The notes: generated by a model not told the origin, from the letters alone. DNA of 64,000 nucleotides from an uncultured Lachnospiraceae bacterium (GCA_900318375.1 ONKG01000006.1:311-64310), one strand, 5' to 3'. Positions 38,887-49,653 are shown, counted from the first letter of the stretch. Numbers and translations: made by a program.

Positions 38887-41800
38887 TCATGTCTCCCCCG
38901 CGGGATACTCCTCTCCTGCAGCAGCTGACCCGCGTCTGCCGAACAGTCTCCTCTTTTTCGGTTTTTTGTCTTTTTTTGAAATGATCAGGTAGTAGGACGG
39001 CATCATGAGCAGGCACAGGATCGTGGAAGCCACAAGGCCGCCGATAATGACGAAGGCCATACTGGACATCATCTTGTTGTCGGAAAACCAGCCCAGAGGC
39101 ACCATGGCCAGGATCGTGGTCAGGGTAGTCATCAGGATCGGGCGCAGACGAATCTTGCCCGCTTCGACAAGGGCATCCTCCAGAGGCATGTGCTCCTTCT
39201 CCTGATTGACAGTGTCAACGAGGAGAATACCGTTGTTGACTGCGATTCCCATCAGCATGAGGAATCCCATCATAGAGACCATGTTCAGGCTGCTGCGTGT
39301 CACAAACAGCAGCAGGAAGGAACCGATCAGAGAGAAGGGAATGCAGGTCATGACCATCAGGGAGAAACGGGGCGATTCAAACTGCATGGCCATCACCAGG
39401 AAGACCAGGAAGATACCCGCCAGGATCGAATTGAAGATCGCGGTGAGATTCTCATCCTGCATATCCTGCATCATGGAACTGGAGAGCACTACGCCCTGAG
39501 GAAGTTCCATTTCAGCCATCGCCGCTGTGATGGCTCTCGTCACATCGCCTTTGGCGCCTTCTGCAGCTGTGGCGGAAACGGTGTTCTGAATCTGCCCGCC
39601 TGACTTCTGGATCATCTGCAGCTGCTGGTCATATTCCACCTCCGCGATATCCTGCAGGATGACCTGGTTGCCCATGGCGCCTGTGAGAGTCTTGCTCATG
39701 AGCTGGTTGATATCATCATATGCACCGTCGGCATAATTGAGGATAATATCATATTCGCTGCCGTTCAGTTCCATATGGGCGGCAGTGACACCGTTCATGG
39801 TCTGATAGAGATCCAGTGCGATCTGGGCGGGAGCAAGTCCGGCTGCCGCGGCTTTCTGCGGATCGACAACGATATGGCCGGCTGTCTGCATGGTGGCGGC
39901 ATCAGATTTGACATGGATGACACCGGGCGTAGCATACATCATGTTTTCAATCTGTTCACAAGCCTCCTCAAGGGCATTGACATCCTTGCCCTGGATGACC
40001 ACATCCACCGTATCCGATGAATAAGTGCCCGACATGGCGCTGCTGGAACCGCCCGTGGGAGCGACCGCTATATCCGCGCCGGCACTGTGTGAAAAGAACT
40101 CCGTATACTCATCTACTGCAGCCTCACTGCTTCTGCCGCATTTGTCCACCGCATAGGCAGTGACGACCGCCTGGTTTCCCGAAACGCTCAGGCTGTAATC
40201 TTCAAAATACGGATCATCCCGGACCATCTCCTCAATCGACGTCATCCTCTCGTCCATGACAGACAGCTGTGTGCCCGGCCTGAAATCGGCCGTGATCGTG
40301 ATACTGCCGTCATAGTCCGCGGGGATCAGTTCGAATGTCAGGGTAGAGGCAATGAAAAAAGACAGGATCAGGAGCACAACGCTGACAAAAAGGGTTGTCT
40401 TTTTTCTGAACAGAAGTTTTCTCAGAAGCCGGTCGTATCCGCCGCGGATCTTATCCAGGGCCGCATTGGCCAGACTGTTCGTTTTCTCGCGCGGTTTAAA
40501 CGTCACATATAAAAGAGGCACGATACACAGGGCGCTGATCAGGGAAGCGACCATCGCCACGACAATAATGACACCCAGCTGGGAGAACATCTGACCGGCC
40601 AGACCTTTGATCATGGTCATGGGAAGATAGACGACACAGGTGGTGATCGTAGAGGCCGTGATACTCATCATGACCGTACCCGCGCCCTTTACTGCCGCCT
40701 CCCGTATATCCGTTCCTTCCTTTGTCGCGCGGAAGCAGCTCTCGATGACAACAATAGAGTTGTCCACGATCATGCCGATGGCGATGACGAGCGCGCCGGC
40801 GGTAATGATATTGATATCAAAACCGATAATGTACATCAGGACCAGCGTCGCCAGGACCGAGATCGGCATGGAACTGCCGACGATCAGGGAGGCCCTGAGA
40901 TCTCTGAAGAAAATGAACAGAACCAGCATGGCGAAAACGACACCCAGGGCCAGCGTCTCCGCGACGGATTTGAGTGCCGAAACGATCTCCGCACCGGAAT
41001 CATACATCATGTCGTAAGTAACTCCGGCGTCCTGTTTTTCCAGCCTCTCGATAGCTTTGCGCACATTTGAGGCGACGCGCACCGTGGATGCGCTCTGTAC
41101 CTTGGAGACCTGGATACTGACATTTTCCTCTCCGTTGTAACGGCTGATCGAGGAGGGCTTTTTTACGTCCATGCTCACATCCGCAATGTCGGACAGACGG
41201 ATCTGAGCGCCCATGGAAGTCGAGATGGTGGTATTCTCAAGGTCATGCAGAGACAGAAAATCCGCACTGGTACTCAGGCTGATCTCCTGAGATCCCCCTT
41301 TGATACGGCCGGCAGGGACGTTGTAATCGGACGCGCCAATCTGCTGGGCGATCCCGGATATGTTGAGACCATACTGGCGCATGCTGTCCTCGTTGAGACG
41401 CACACGGACATAATTGCTGCGTCCTCCGGTCACTTCGACACGGGCGACATTGCTGACCGCTTCCAGGGCGGGAACGACTGTTTCGTCGATATAGGCCGAC
41501 ATATCCGAGGAGCCGTTTGACGTGGCAGAGATCATGACCGTCGGCACCTGGTTGACAGTCATTTCTATAATGGTCGGATCCTGACAGTCATCCGGCAGAC
41601 TGAGCATGTCCAGCGCGGCGGACAGGGATGTGTAGGCATCATTCATATTCTGGTCGTAGTCATAAGAGAGGGCGACCATACAGTAGTCATTGTAGGAATA
41701 GGATATGACATTGTCGACACCGCTGAGTGTCTCCGCGGAATCCTCGATTTTGCTCGTCACAAGCTCATCGATCGTCGTAGGGCTGGCGCCGGGATAGACG

Positions 41801-41946
41801 GTATAGATGATATACATGGGCAGATCGATGTCCGGGATCAGTTCCATATCAAAACCCGGTATGGAAAAAATACCGAATACAAATATTCCCAGGACGATCA
41901 GCGCTGTGGAGACCGGACGCTTTAAGACCAGTTTTGTCAGGTTCAT
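38887..41946 (-). CDS. RND efflux transporter permease (AcrB/SwrC-like)
   Basis: KRPVS, IGMIVDNSIVVIE, GIAVNNGILLVD, RLRPILMTTLTTI; start at ATG 41946. Confidence 0.93.
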   Translation of the reverse strand: MNLTKLVLKRPVSTALIVLGIFVFGIFSIPGFDMELIPDIDLPMYIIYTVYPGASPTTIDELVTSKIEDSAETLSGVDNVISYSYNDYCMVALSYDYDQNMNDAYTSLSAALDMLSLPDDCQDPTIIEMTVNQVPTVMISATSNGSSDMSAYIDETVVPALEAVSNVARVEVTGGRSNYVRVRLNEDSMRQYGLNISGIAQQIGASDYNVPAGRIKGGSQEISLSTSADFLSLHDLENTTISTSMGAQIRLSDIADVSMDVKKPSSISRYNGEENVSIQVSKVQSASTVRVASNVRKAIERLEKQDAGVTYDMMYDSGAEIVSALKSVAETLALGVVFAMLVLFIFFRDLRASLIVGSSMPISVLATLVLMYIIGFDINIITAGALVIAIGMIVDNSIVVIESCFRATKEGTDIREAAVKGAGTVMMSITASTITTCVVYLPMTMIKGLAGQMFSQLGVIIVVAMVASLISALCIVPLLYVTFKPREKTNSLANAALDKIRGGYDRLLRKLLFRKKTTLFVSVVLLILSFFIASTLTFELIPADYDGSITITADFRPGTQLSVMDERMTSIEEMVRDDPYFEDYSLSVSGNQAVVTAYAVDKCGRSSEAAVDEYTEFFSHSAGADIAVAPTGGSSSAMSGTYSSDTVDVVIQGKDVNALEEACEQIENMMYATPGVIHVKSDAATMQTAGHIVVDPQKAAAAGLAPAQIALDLYQTMNGVTAAHMELNGSEYDIILNYADGAYDDINQLMSKTLTGAMGNQVILQDIAEVEYDQQLQMIQKSGGQIQNTVSATAAEGAKGDVTRAITAAMAEMELPQGVVLSSSMMQDMQDENLTAIFNSILAGIFLVFLVMAMQFESPRFSLMVMTCIPFSLIGSFLLLFVTRSSLNMVSMMGFLMLMGIAVNNGILLVDTVNQEKEHMPLEDALVEAGKIRLRPILMTTLTTILAMVPLGWFSDNKMMSSMAFVIIGGLVASTILCLLMMPSYYLIISKKDKKPKKRRLFGRRGSAAAGEEYPAGET

Positions 41947-42055
41947 TAAATAGATTCCTTTCCTCGGCAGATTGTTTTCCCGCACCGGACTTCAGAGAAT
42001 CCGGTGCGGGTCCGCTTTTTTCATATCTTATACGTTATATATCGATCAGTCAGGT

Positions 42056-43777
42056 TTACTGGGCATCCGTCTGCGTATCCGGCTGTGTGCCGGTCTGAGG
42101 ATGAATGATCTCGATCGAGGCTCCGTCTTTGAGTCCTGCTCCCCATGTGGTGATGACCTGGTCTCCTTCGGACAGGCCTTCCAGGATTGTGATCATGTCA
42201 TTATTGTAAGCGCCTGCGATGACATCTCTGCGCACCGCCTTATCACTCTCCTCACCTTTTTCGGCAACGAAGACATAGGCCTGGTCGTCATCATAATAGA
42301 CAGCATCAAAAGGAATCAGAATCTGGTCTTTTACGGAATTTGTCACCAGAGAGAGACTCACACTGGTATTGGACAGCAGGCTCTTATCCGTCACTGTCGT
42401 GATCTGCGCCGTGATCTTGAAAAGTCCCTTCTGAGGGTCTGCCGCAGTCCCGATCAGGGAAACACTTCCCTTCACATCTCCTGAAGGCGTCTCCACCCGG
42501 ATCTCATCTCCCGGCTTGAGATAATCACGAACGTCTTCGGGAACATAGAAGGAAACCTCCATGGCTTCCTTGTCGGAAATCGTAAAAGCAGGATATCCCT
42601 GGGCGGAAATCTCATTTTCCGAGACATTCACGGACTCAATGACACCGTCGATCGGGGCTGTCACCGTGTAGAGGTCCTTCTGGTACTGGGCGGATTCCAC
42701 ACCTGTCTGGGCCGCCTTGATCTGCGCGTCATAGGCGCCTGTGCCGCCTGCGGCATCTGCCGCGTCCTCCGCGGCATCAATATTATCTTCGAGGGCATCG
42801 ATCTGAGCCTGGATCTGGTCGATCGCCCCCTCCAGCTGGCTGACAGAGCCGGCTGCAGTCGTATAGGCACTTGTCGCCGCCGAACTGGCTTCCGCCGCCT
42901 CATCCGCTTTATCCTTGAGGGTGTTGAGGCCGGCCTCTGTCAGATACTCAACTGTCAGCGGAATCTCGCTCAGTTGCTGAAGCAGAAGGGCCGCTGTCTG
43001 CTGCTTTTCGACTGCAGCCTGGTCTGCCGTGGCGACTTCCGCAGGAGCTGCTGACGCCGCAGGAGCCGTGGATCCGGCAGCAGCACTGTCCGCAGCTGTC
43101 GGAGGAGTGACCGTCGTCGCCGGGATCGGCATGGAAGCCGCTGTCAGTCCCGCTGTCGTCGCGCAGTCCGGGTTGGCTGACAGAAATGCCTGATATTGGA
43201 TATACAGCGTATTTGCGCTGTCATAGACGTTTTTTGCCGCAGTGCTTGCCGCAGCGGCCGCCTTCATAGCCTCTTCAAGACCGGAAAGGCCGGCCTGCAG
43301 CTGTTCAAGCTGTTCCTCGGAAGACTCCTTCTGGGCCTCCAGGATACTGATCTGACCCTCCATGGACGTCACGGAAGCCTCCGCCTGCTTCTTGGCGGCA
43401 CTGATCTGGTCTTCGGCTGCGTCTTTTCCTGCCTGCGCGCTGTTCACTGCGTCCTGGGCGCTCTGCAGCTGCAGGCTGGCTGCCTTATCATCGAACTGAC
43501 ACAGGACATCTCCCGCCTTGACCTTATCGCCGACCTGCACATTCACTTTTAATACTGTTCCTGACACCAGCGGGGTCACATCTACAGAATTATGGGGCGC
43601 CACAGTCCCTATATAGGTGCCTGTGATCTGCAGAGTGCCGCGGGTCGCAGCCTGTGTCTCGACACGGGTAAGCTGCAGTCCGCTCTCTTGGGTCTGCCTG
43701 CTGCAGCCCGCAAAGGATGCTGCGGCAACCAGTAATGTCATCATGGCGGCTGTCATACGCCTGCTCCAAATCCTCAT
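42056..43777 (-). CDS. RND adaptor (membrane fusion) lipoprotein with long Ala-rich coiled-coil insert
   Basis: Lipobox FAGC; VSGTVLKVNVQVGDKVKAGDVL; VTAPIDGVI; GLSEGDQVIT. Confidence 0.88.
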   Translation of the reverse strand: MRIWSRRMTAAMMTLLVAAASFAGCSRQTQESGLQLTRVETQAATRGTLQITGTYIGTVAPHNSVDVTPLVSGTVLKVNVQVGDKVKAGDVLCQFDDKAASLQLQSAQDAVNSAQAGKDAAEDQISAAKKQAEASVTSMEGQISILEAQKESSEEQLEQLQAGLSGLEEAMKAAAAASTAAKNVYDSANTLYIQYQAFLSANPDCATTAGLTAASMPIPATTVTPPTAADSAAAGSTAPAASAAPAEVATADQAAVEKQQTAALLLQQLSEIPLTVEYLTEAGLNTLKDKADEAAEASSAATSAYTTAAGSVSQLEGAIDQIQAQIDALEDNIDAAEDAADAAGGTGAYDAQIKAAQTGVESAQYQKDLYTVTAPIDGVIESVNVSENEISAQGYPAFTISDKEAMEVSFYVPEDVRDYLKPGDEIRVETPSGDVKGSVSLIGTAADPQKGLFKITAQITTVTDKSLLSNTSVSLSLVTNSVKDQILIPFDAVYYDDDQAYVFVAEKGEESDKAVRRDVIAGAYNNDMITILEGLSEGDQVITTWGAGLKDGASIEIIHPQTGTQPDTQTDAQ

Positions 43778-43792
43778 AATCTGTCTCCTTTA

Positions 43793-44299
43793 TCAGATTC
43801 TTTCGGAATCATTTCCGACCAGCTTGTCCAGCAGCCGGATCAGCTCCTCTTTTTCCCCTGTCTCAAGATTTACAAACAAGCCGTCAAGTACCTCTGTGAT
43901 CTGACCGAGCATATACTCCGCTCTTTCTCTTCCTTTTTCTGTCAGACAAAGTCTTTTTACCCTGCGGTCATCCGCATCGGGCTTTCTCTCCACATATCCG
44001 TCATCCACGAGTCTGCTGAGCATTTCCGAAATTGTGGACGGGCTCACCCTGATTTCATCCGCGATTTCTTTCTGTTTCAGACCGTCCTTGCTGCAAAGGA
44101 GGAAAGGGAGCACGACGTCCCGCTTGAGAACCCCTGCAGAGCTCAGCTTTTCCGTATCCGATGCCGGGTAACCGCCCTGTTCCGCAATGCCGGCATCCGC
44201 TCCTGAAAGAGTCTTCTGACAGGGAGCGTCCGCAACTCTCAGCATCCGGCCCACATGTCTGAACCTGTCTAAAATCTGCAGATTGATATCTTTATCCAT
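43793..44299 (-). CDS. MarR family transcriptional regulator
   Basis: QKEIADEIRVSPSTISEMLSRLVDDGYVERKPDADDRRVKRLCLTEKG; start at ATG 44299. Confidence 0.9.
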   Translation of the reverse strand: MDKDINLQILDRFRHVGRMLRVADAPCQKTLSGADAGIAEQGGYPASDTEKLSSAGVLKRDVVLPFLLCSKDGLKQKEIADEIRVSPSTISEMLSRLVDDGYVERKPDADDRRVKRLCLTEKGRERAEYMLGQITEVLDGLFVNLETGEKEELIRLLDKLVGNDSERI

Positions 44300-44380
44300 A
44301 AATTTCCTTCTCAAATCCCCTTCTCTTCCGGTCATCCGGAGTCTTTCATAATACAGAACCCGCTCCCGGCGCGGAAAACA

Positions 44381-44438
44381 AATTCGCAGCCGTATTGTTC
44401 GTTCCCGAATATTATACATTACCCCTGCTCTGTGTCAA
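44381..44438 (-). promoter_or_regulatory. Consensus SigA promoter of the marR-RND operon with overlapping palindromic operator(s)
   Basis: TTGACA(44438-44433)-16nt-TATAAT(44416-44411); TTCG-N4-CGAA palindrome within 44394-44413 and a degenerate copy at 44381-44394. Confidence 0.7.
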
Positions 44439-44476
44439 GAGAGCCGGGTACCGGTTCAGCCCTGTTAATTCCCGCT

Positions 44477-45694
44477 TTATTTCTGCGGCTCCTGCGTGAG
44501 GGGCGGACGGTCCTCGGCAACCCTCAGACCGGTCAGTCTCTCGATCTCCGAAGCATCAAAATGATTGGCATAATAGGATTCCATGCGGACCTTTTTGCCA
44601 TCGCGGATATAGTAATAGCCCTTCTGAAGCTTGCCCCTGGAGTCATTGTAGCCGCTCAGGTCATTGAAATCATAGGAGAATTCCAGTCTGCTGCCATCGG
44701 GCACTATGACAGAAAAATGCCAGGCATTTCCGCCGGGCTGATAACCCTCCCGGCGCAAAAGTTCATAGAGGGTGCCGAAACTGATTCCCAGATAGCGGGG
44801 ACTGCCGATCACACCTTCATAATATTCCTCTTCCGAGGGCTTGTACTGCACTGCTGCGGCTGTGCCTGTGCCCCCTGTATCGGCAGCTTCCGGGGGTCTT
44901 TTGTAGATGCGCACTGTTGTCTCTCCGTGCACAAGAGCATCGATCTCATCCTCGCCGAATTCCCCGAGCGCCTCCTCGAAACGGTAGTCCAGGGCACACA
45001 GCAGGTAATTTCTGCGCATCTCCCGGAGAGCATTTTCATCGACACTGCCCACATCACCTGTCGTGTCTCCCTCATCGATCTTATAGTCGACCGCTCCCCG
45101 AATGGGGTTATTATATTTCACTGTATAGGGAACCTTCAGTCCCGGATAACCGGCTTCCTCCAAGGCAGCCCTGACACTTCGCAGGTCCTCATAACAATTG
45201 TTCAGGCCCTGCAGGTCTGAAAAGCTGCATACCAGCTGGGCCTGTACAAGACCGGAGTTTTCTGTCTTTTTCAGAGACAGTCTGTTGTCCGGCGGAATCT
45301 TCTTTTTATCAAGCAGGAAAAAAAAGACAGAACTGTCATAATCGTCCAGCAGCTTGTTCTCCACCTCTTCAAGAGCCCAGTAATAATCATCGAGAATATG
45401 GAAGGTGATCCCGCTGTCCTCGTCGGTCACGGTCCACAGATGGTCCAGGTAGCCTTCTTCGTCCTCCATAATCTCCTCGTATTGTTCAGAAACAGTCAGG
45501 TTTTTCAGACCCGTGATTTTTCTGGCGTATGCCCTGATGTCATTGCGTGAGTATTTTTTTACGCATCCGCCAAGAAGGATCGCCGAAACAGCAAGGAGCA
45601 GCAGGATCAGAGCAGCTGCCCCGGTCTCTGCCGTCCTCTCTTTTATACTCTTCATCTGCTGATTTGTCCCTTCATCAAACACTTTCGCTTTCAC
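44477..45694 (-). CDS. Hypothetical lipoprotein
   Basis: Hydrophobic stretch ending LLGGC; GTG start overlaps the kinase stop (alternative ATG 45655); no family recognised. Confidence 0.75.
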   Translation of the reverse strand: MKAKVFDEGTNQQMKSIKERTAETGAAALILLLLAVSAILLGGCVKKYSRNDIRAYARKITGLKNLTVSEQYEEIMEDEEGYLDHLWTVTDEDSGITFHILDDYYWALEEVENKLLDDYDSSVFFFLLDKKKIPPDNRLSLKKTENSGLVQAQLVCSFSDLQGLNNCYEDLRSVRAALEEAGYPGLKVPYTVKYNNPIRGAVDYKIDEGDTTGDVGSVDENALREMRRNYLLCALDYRFEEALGEFGEDEIDALVHGETTVRIYKRPPEAADTGGTGTAAAVQYKPSEEEYYEGVIGSPRYLGISFGTLYELLRREGYQPGGNAWHFSVIVPDGSRLEFSYDFNDLSGYNDSRGKLQKGYYYIRDGKKVRMESYYANHFDASEIERLTGLRVAEDRPPLTQEPQK

Positions 45695-47016
45695 TCCAGA
45701 TACAGCATGGCAGAAACGCAGAACAGGTCTCCTCTGGTCTCAAACTGGATCACTCCGTTGTAGCGGTTGACAATTTCCTTGACAGACTCCGTCCCGATCC
45801 CGGCTCCGGAATGCTTCATTGAGTAGAAGCGGCCGCGGCGGTCCTTCTCGGGAACAGCTTCATAAGTGTTGTCAATTGCCAGCGCAAAAGTATTCCCGTC
45901 CACCTGTCCGCGCACGCTGATCTTCCGCGGCCCGGTCTTCTGTCTCTGGCAGGCCTCCACAGCATTTTCTATCAGATTACCGAAAAGAATGCTCAGATCC
46001 GTCTTTGCGATCTTCACATCTTCAGGAACCCCGATATTGACTTTGAATTCAATCTCCCCGCCTTCGGCAATTTCCGAAAAATAGGTCAGGATGCCATTGA
46101 CAGTCGTGTTGCTGCAGAAGTTCAGAGGGCCTTCCAGCTGATATTTCTCGCCGATCTCCATGAGGTAGCTGCGGAGGGCATCATAATTTTCCTCCTTCAC
46201 CATATTTTCCATAGTGAGAATATGGTGGCGGAGGTCATGCCTGCCCTGCCTTGCAAGGGCGATTCTCTGATTCAGTCCGTCATACTGCATAAGCTGCAGC
46301 GACAGCACATGATTTTCCTCCCGCAGCTTGCTATAGCTCTGATAATCCCTGATCATCCGCAGAATCAGATAATAGATCAGGAAGGCGCCGAAATTCACGA
46401 CAGAGAAAAAGAAGACGTTTTTAGGAGACATGGACCACTGCACCTGATTTCCGGATCCATAAAAATAATAGGACCAGATCAGATAAAAGATTACCGGCAC
46501 AAGCCAGCAGTACTGCCAGATGTAGACCGGCTGGATATCCTGTGTCAGATTTTTCTTCTCCCATCTGATAAAAAGGAATACCGGGATCAAAATGAATGGC
46601 GATACGATGAGAAGGCATAGGGATGCAGTCCACCGGTATTTTTCCATGGCCATTTCGGCAAACAGAAACCCTTCCAGGCATTTGGAGGCAGTGGTCAGCA
46701 TATACCCGACATTGACTGTCATGAAACAGAAAAACAGCATCTTGCCTGCCTGTACCTTGAAGGTGACCGCGTAGAGCGCCGCCATCAGAGCAAAGCATAG
46801 GATCTCTACAATAGCCATCTGTATCTCGGATTTGCTGAGATAGGCATTACACAGACTGAGAATCTGCCAGACTGCCAGGATCGCAATAAAGATCAGAAAT
46901 GTGATCTTTTTGGAGAATCGTCTGCTTTCGAGAAAAGGATAAAAGGCAAGCAGCAGCAGGGGGAGCGACCGGAGCAGATTATATGTAAATACTCCTGTAA
47001 AAGTGAAAGAATGCAT
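45691..47016 (-). CDS. Membrane sensor histidine kinase (GHKL, AgrC/HPK10-like)
   Basis: About 6 TM helices, RHDLRHH, FGNLIENAVEA, GAGIGTESV; start at ATG 47016. Confidence 0.9.
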   Translation of the reverse strand: MHSFTFTGVFTYNLLRSLPLLLLAFYPFLESRRFSKKITFLIFIAILAVWQILSLCNAYLSKSEIQMAIVEILCFALMAALYAVTFKVQAGKMLFFCFMTVNVGYMLTTASKCLEGFLFAEMAMEKYRWTASLCLLIVSPFILIPVFLFIRWEKKNLTQDIQPVYIWQYCWLVPVIFYLIWSYYFYGSGNQVQWSMSPKNVFFFSVVNFGAFLIYYLILRMIRDYQSYSKLREENHVLSLQLMQYDGLNQRIALARQGRHDLRHHILTMENMVKEENYDALRSYLMEIGEKYQLEGPLNFCSNTTVNGILTYFSEIAEGGEIEFKVNIGVPEDVKIAKTDLSILFGNLIENAVEACQRQKTGPRKISVRGQVDGNTFALAIDNTYEAVPEKDRRGRFYSMKHSGAGIGTESVKEIVNRYNGVIQFETRGDLFCVSAMLYLE

Positions 47017-47326
47017 GACTCTTCCTCGTTTTAACAACAAAAATGTACGTGTTTCTCAGTATACAGGGAAAACAGCCGATATTCAAGAAAGCAGGGGGCG
47101 CATGAGCGATCGGCAAACGATAAATGAACAAGGATTGCTGCCGTACATGACCTGTCGGGGACGTGTACGGCAATGCTGCAAAAAAATGCATCCGTCCCTT
47201 GTGAGAAAACTCACATTGGACAGATGCATTTGTCTTCAAAAACGGTACAGGTTTTCGGGCCGGCCCCGGTCATCTGTGCCGGCAGGTCCGCAAAGATCTG
47301 TGCTCCTGTTTCCCGGAACAGGGAGG

Positions 47327-48040
47327 TCACTGCCGGACACGCTGGAAAAGATACGCGGCATGTGCCTTTTTGATATCCGCCATTCTCCTGCGGCTGACCG
47401 GAACCTGATTGTCGTCCTCAAGAAAGATGGTATTATCATCAATCTTCTTCACATACTCAAGGTTTACAATAATCCCCTTCGTGCAGGGCACGAAAAAATC
47501 ATTTGAGCACAGAAGCGATTCCATACCCGCCTGCGATGCACGCACTTTTATGACCTTATGGCCTTTCAGATGCAGACCGATCTTGTGATTAAAATACTCG
47601 GAAAAAATAATATCGTGTAAAAGGCAGGTAGTGTGGTCCGGGAGTCTGATGATCCTCTGCTTCTCGTAACTGGCCAGGTCAATGAGCTTCATTGCCTTGA
47701 CAATATCCTCGTGGACATAAGGCTTGAGAAGATAATAATCAGCCCGCAGAGAGTAGCTCTCGGCAGCAAAATCGTTGCTTGTCGTGGCAAAAATCAGACG
47801 CACGGATTTATCCTGTCTGCGGATTTCAGCCGCAGTCTGAATCCCGTTGATTCCTTCCATATAGATATCGAGAAAAATCAGATCGTATTTTCCTCTTCTA
47901 AAATCCGCGAGAAATTCCTCTCCGCCTGAGAAGAGGTCGATTGCTTCCACGATGTATCCACGTTCCCGGAGAACTGAATCAAGTTCATGATACAGTGTTG
48001 TACGGTCGTAGCTACGGTCATCAATGATAGCAGCCCGCAT
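47327..48040 (-). CDS. LytTR family response regulator
   Basis: IIDD, IFLDIYM, YLLKP receiver; C-terminal KGIIVNL...VPVSRRR LytTR domain. Confidence 0.92.
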   Translation of the reverse strand: MRAAIIDDRSYDRTTLYHELDSVLRERGYIVEAIDLFSGGEEFLADFRRGKYDLIFLDIYMEGINGIQTAAEIRRQDKSVRLIFATTSNDFAAESYSLRADYYLLKPYVHEDIVKAMKLIDLASYEKQRIIRLPDHTTCLLHDIIFSEYFNHKIGLHLKGHKVIKVRASQAGMESLLCSNDFFVPCTKGIIVNLEYVKKIDDNTIFLEDDNQVPVSRRRMADIKKAHAAYLFQRVRQ

Positions 48041-48086
48041 ACGTGCAATCCCCTGTCGAAAACATAGTCAAAAGTTTTTGAAACGG

Positions 48087-49322
48087 TCAGCTGCTTTTGC
48101 GAAATGCAGCTTTTTCATCAGGCGAAACAGTCCTGATGTCGTATTTGATACTGATCCTCTGGCGGCCGACAATAAAATTCTTGCTGATGCGCTGCTGGAC
48201 AACCGCGCAGTCCTCCCTCGTCGTATTGACAAGGAGGATAAGACATTGTCCCTTGCCATAAGAACAGATTGTGTCTCCCCTCCGCACGCTGCAACATGCG
48301 CTCTCAATAAGACGCTCGCTCAGTCTGTCCAGAACGGTCCCTTCCTTCATAGGATTTCCCTTGCCGTCCAGGATCGTGCACAGCATCAGGCAGGAGGAAG
48401 TCCCCGTCCTGTCAATAAGCCGCCTGTTGGACCTGTAAATGCCCTGGAACACAGGATAAATACACAGGAAACCGCCCTCAGCCAGATCATCATTTCCTTC
48501 GAGATCATCCTGGATATCCTCAATCATGGAATGCTGATGAGAAATACCCTTGCCGAGATGTTCGAACCACTCGATGATCTTGCCGGAAGGATGAATGCCC
48601 AGCTCGTTCAGGTAATAGTTGACGGTGTGCTCATAGAGACGGGCAGCGTCATCGTACCTGCGCATGCGCACAAGTGCTTCCATGGTCAGAGACTCCCAGT
48701 CGGACAGAGGGGCAATGACAGAAGCATACTGTCCCAGTTCTCTCATGCGTTCATAATCCTGGTTCTCCCGGAGGATCTCGCTGGCCTTCTCCACACAATC
48801 GGCAAAAATCTGTTCATAGCGCATGCACTCGCGCACAGCCCAGACGTTATTGGTCTGCATGGGAAGGAACTCCCCGCCGTATTTATAACTTGCATTGAGG
48901 TAGCTCTCAAGACGCTTTACAGGATCCGCCTCTTTCCCCGCCTCGATATAGAGCTGTTCAAACTCGTAGGCGTCTTCCTTTACCTCGATCTCATCGGTCC
49001 AGTAAAACGCGTCCTTCTCGGAAATGATATAATTTACCTTGGGAAGGCCCGCCTTCTCAAGATACTTTTTCGCGTTATAAATAACGCTTCGAAGCGAGTG
49101 GTGCGCATTGTCAACTTCCCGGTCTCCGAAAAGAAGCTCTTCGAGACGATCGCGCGTCACACCCTTGTCCCTCGAATGAATCAGAATCTGAAGCAGGGCA
49201 TTATTCTGCGAAATGGACGATTTTGAAGAACCGGCAATGGTCTTTCCGTTGAAGCTCATAGAAAAACCGCCAAGCATCTTGACATACAGGATATCTTTCT
49301 GTTTTTCAGCAACAACCGCCAT
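48087..49322 (-). CDS. BTAD-domain (SARP-like) transcriptional regulator with GGDEF-like C-terminal fold
   Basis: VKMLGGFSM wHTH start, YGGEFLP..W, ELGIHPS; C-terminal VRRGDTICSYGKGQCLILL lacks an intact GGDEF motif. Confidence 0.78.
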   Translation of the reverse strand: MAVVAEKQKDILYVKMLGGFSMSFNGKTIAGSSKSSISQNNALLQILIHSRDKGVTRDRLEELLFGDREVDNAHHSLRSVIYNAKKYLEKAGLPKVNYIISEKDAFYWTDEIEVKEDAYEFEQLYIEAGKEADPVKRLESYLNASYKYGGEFLPMQTNNVWAVRECMRYEQIFADCVEKASEILRENQDYERMRELGQYASVIAPLSDWESLTMEALVRMRRYDDAARLYEHTVNYYLNELGIHPSGKIIEWFEHLGKGISHQHSMIEDIQDDLEGNDDLAEGGFLCIYPVFQGIYRSNRRLIDRTGTSSCLMLCTILDGKGNPMKEGTVLDRLSERLIESACCSVRRGDTICSYGKGQCLILLVNTTREDCAVVQQRISKNFIVGRQRISIKYDIRTVSPDEKAAFRKSS

Positions 49323-49653
49323 GATCCGTCCTCCTGTGTTGTAAAAGCCGCCTTTATTACTCCATTTTTACGTAATAATCTGCTGCCTCCATAAGCCCGG
49401 GCGTAAGCCCTGTACAGATCCCGTACAGAATGGCAGACGCCTTCTCCACATATTCACCAATATCATTATAAGCTGAAATATGCTGAAATATTATCCGTTT
49501 GAGTCGTTTTAAAACCGTTTGAGTCACAAATAGCGTCACAAGGCAATGAAATTTGTGTCAGTTTTTTGATTTTTTACAGCAGTACAGACCCGCCCGGAAG
49601 GCAGGCTGTACAGGGCGGATACCCTTGCGAAACCGCCGGTATTTGATTCCGGA

